From Euglena gracilis (Eukaryota): 64,000 bases of DNA. The notes beneath the pieces were generated by a model. It worked only from the letters and a program-made list of their open reading frames with translations. It made no database searches and had not been told where the DNA came from. The translations under genes were made by a program, and so were the position numbers. Below are positions 61,063-64,000 of the stretch, in pieces (the first letter of the stretch is position 1; each line of letters starts with the position of its first letter). Location: NCBI GenBank assembly GCA_039621445.1, contig CP154954.1, forward strand, positions 25,060,954 through 25,124,953, read 5' to 3'.

Positions 61063-63140
61063 GAGCCGCCCGCGGAGCTGGCCGAGCCCCCCCCCCCCCC
61101 CTCGCCCAACAGGAGTGTCCACACGCACCAGCCCGTGGAGGGGGGAGTGTGGACCTTCTCATCTATCTGGCAGGGGCACCTTCGTCTCCCTCCTGGCAGG
61201 GCAGTCCATGTGGGACGGGGATTTTTTTTTTTCGCTAAGGACTGCCCCTTGACGACCGCCCTTTGGCCATACACCCGGGCCCGTCTGCCTCGCCGCGCCA
61301 CCCTCTCCATCGGTGCGGTGCAGCCGCCGTGGTTCGTCGCCGCCGCTCACCGCCGTAGTGGCCGACCTCCGCAGTGGCTGCCTTTCGCAGCCAAGCGCCT
61401 TCAGTGACAAATCCCGACAATCCCGACAAATCCCGACACATCCCGACAAATCCTAACAACGCCACCAAAATATCAAGTGTGTGGAGGTGCTTGTTCATAG
61501 CCAAGTAGCACCCGCTTCCCAATCCCTGCTTGTTGATCCGTCCACTGGCTCACTGGTGAGCAGCGAGCCCAGCGTCAAGCACAAACTCACCAAAATCAAG
61601 CAAAAATGCTTAATTCGCCGAAATCACGTTTGAAATCATGTGGAAATATGTTTCTAACAGAAGTCGAAAGAAATAATTCAGGAAAAAAGATATAAAAAAA
61701 GCGCACACAGCTTTTTAATTGTTTTTTTTGAAAAAAATCTCCACCAAAAAGCCAGAAATCGTGTTCCATCTTTTACTTCATTTTCCCTGAACCCCCGAAA
61801 ATGCATGAAATCGATTTTGGCTTTTTCACCTGCTTTTTTTGCCTTTTGGTTTTTTGATTATTTATTTTCTGCGGCCTTTCTAAGGTCAAGAGTGCTCGCT
61901 CAATAGCTCCCCCAAGGACCTTTTTTTTCTGTTGCCTTTTTGACTGAGATTTCTGTTCAAATGAAACGAGTTTGCCAGTTGAGAGGGTCCTTCCCCCTCC
62001 CCACTCACAGTGAGTCCAGTGCCGATACCGCGGCCCTCATTTAATATATGTGGATGCACCGTGCTCAGCACAGGTCGAGCCTTTAGCTTTTGACCTGGCA
62101 CACAATATCAGTCCCATCCACCCCGCCCCCCCTCCCCCTCCAATCGATGCCTCCACCACTACTCTGCCACGGCCCCATTCCAGTCCATTTCCATTTCAGA
62201 AGCATCAGATTCCAAAGATTTTTTTCACATTCAAAAACCTCCAGTCAGGAACATCACAGAATCAAACAAGCAAAAGATGCAATACATCGACATGGATTGA
62301 ACGTGTCATTACGGTGCAAAAAAATAAAGTTTCGCTTTTTAAAGCTTTTCGGCATTGGATAGTCACTCAATCTCGCTCTTAATCTCTTTCTTGTTCCTTT
62401 GTGCATTTGTGGAAAGGAACGTCGAGTTTTATTTTGGGTAGGTTAGGGTCCAAATCCTGGCCGGGTGACAGGCCCCTCCTTTTGGTTGCTTTTGGATTTG
62501 CCGTAGATGAGCACCAATCACAATCCTCGCCATGCGTAACAGAGAAGGGGATCAAACACATCATATATTTTCTTTCAAGAAACGGAAGCATGTAAAAACA
62601 AACAAAAAAGAAACTCCCGGAGAAGAACTTGAGGTCTCCACCGCGGATGCGAGGTAATCCTTGCATCTTCCCACCCAAACCCAAACCTTTACGAAGGTCC
62701 CTCTGATGTCTCCCATACCCCCCCCCCCCCAAGTTCTTGGACAGGGAAGAGCAGGCTGCTATTTGGCACAAATATTGCATCTGTTTCTTATTGCAAATCC
62801 TTTGCGTTAGTGACTGTTTTTGCATCAGTTTTTTTCTTCTTCCTCGGAAAAGGTAGCCTCTGCACTGGTGCATTGAGAGGGTACAGAATGGGCGTGTGCC
62901 TGTGTGGGTCAGTTGGGATGTTCATTTCTGGCACCAAGGAAGGGAAATTTGAGTTATTTATATTTGGTTCCTCCGTGGAACTCTGCTTGTTGGTCTACAC
63001 TTTCCCATCCTTGTTTCATCACTGTCATGGCATCACCTGCCACCTGCAGGTATTTGATCCTTTCCTCACCCTCTTTTTTTTGCTTTATTCTCTATTTAAA
63101 TTGTGTAAATCTTGGTGTAAAAGAAGAAAAGAATCAAGAG

Positions 63141-63343
63141 TAACCCCCCCCAAATAACCTGGCGGGGTGCCAGGTTATTGGAACCAACTTTTGGCCCTGC
63201 CCCCGCTAGTTTATTTGGGCCCTTTTTTTCAGCACCATAAAGGAATTTTGCCTCTTAAGGGGTGCCAAGTTACTGGATCCATCTTTTTTGACCCTCCCCC
63301 CGCCACGAGCAAGGACCCCGCCAGGTTATTTGGGGGGGTTTTT
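63141..63343. mobile_element. Short MITE with long TIRs
   Basis: taacccccccccaaataacctggcgggg / ccccgccaggttatttgggggggtttt. Confidence 0.7.
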
Positions 63344-64000
63344 AGTGCCTTTTTATTGCTGAAATCCATTTTCATACACACTGGATTATTCCTGTATAGT
63401 TCTTTCGGCTTTTATTTGTGCCTGCCGAGCTTTGGTTTGACTCCCAACTTAAAATTTTTTTGCCAATCTACTCAGAGGGAACAGTGTAATGGTGAATGGT
63501 CGCTTTTTCCGCGGTTGAACTTTTTAGTCCGTATTGAAGTAACCCCCCCCCCCCCAAATGTAAAGCCCCCCCCCCGCCGCTTTATATTTGGGTGTAATTT
63601 CAAGACCCTCAGGGGGGCTTCATCTTTGGGAGGGGGGGGGCTTTACATATTTCTGGGGGGATAATTCAAAGTTTCTGGGTGAATTCCACAAACTGCCATT
63701 GCTTACTAATATTGTCGAATGCCAATTTTATACAAATTTCTGTCTTCTCCAAAAATGAAGATTTTATTAACCCGAAAATTTTGGTCATTTCCGGTGGAAA
63801 GTTGCTGTGTGCACCCAAAATTTTTCTGCTTTTGCCTCAAACCTGTGAATTGCTTCCTTGCTCTCCTTTTTTTCCGGCAGCAAAATCAAACCCATGGGGG
63901 TAAGGCTTTATATTTTCATATATAAAGACAGGTTTTTTCATTTGGGGGTTTATGTTGGCAGTTCGGAGGTGATACCTTGCTGGGACATGGAACAAGGATG

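Overview
Eukaryotic, intron- and repeat-rich DNA that looks euglenid (Euglena-like): short GC-rich exons, a mixture of GT-AG and non-GT-AG stem-forming introns, many MITEs and satellites. Almost all ORF-track ORFs are spurious. The main gene (+ strand, at least 10333-26349, about 19 exons assembled by hand) encodes two RanBP2-type zinc fingers, an eEF2K/MHCK-type alpha-kinase domain and a C-terminal EF-hand region. About 11 of its introns lack GT-AG ends. They have complementary termini, typically CAG at +4..+6 and CTG at -8..-6. The window also holds several free non-autonomous elements that mostly begin CAG and end CTG and are flanked by exact 8-bp target-site duplications (hAT-like). The intron geometry (3 nt + CAG...CTG + 5 nt) equals such an element plus exactly one 8-bp TSD. 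One intron (15489-15661) still has a perfect 8-bp TSD and a TIR shared with a free MITE. This suggests hAT-like MITEs are the source of these introns. A second, poorly resolved + strand multi-exon gene (about 33307-61200) may encode a 7TM gustatory-receptor-like channel and is overlapped by a 2254-bp tandem duplication and a 3.1-kb triplication with an internal inversion. All coordinates were read by eye and may be off by a few bases.
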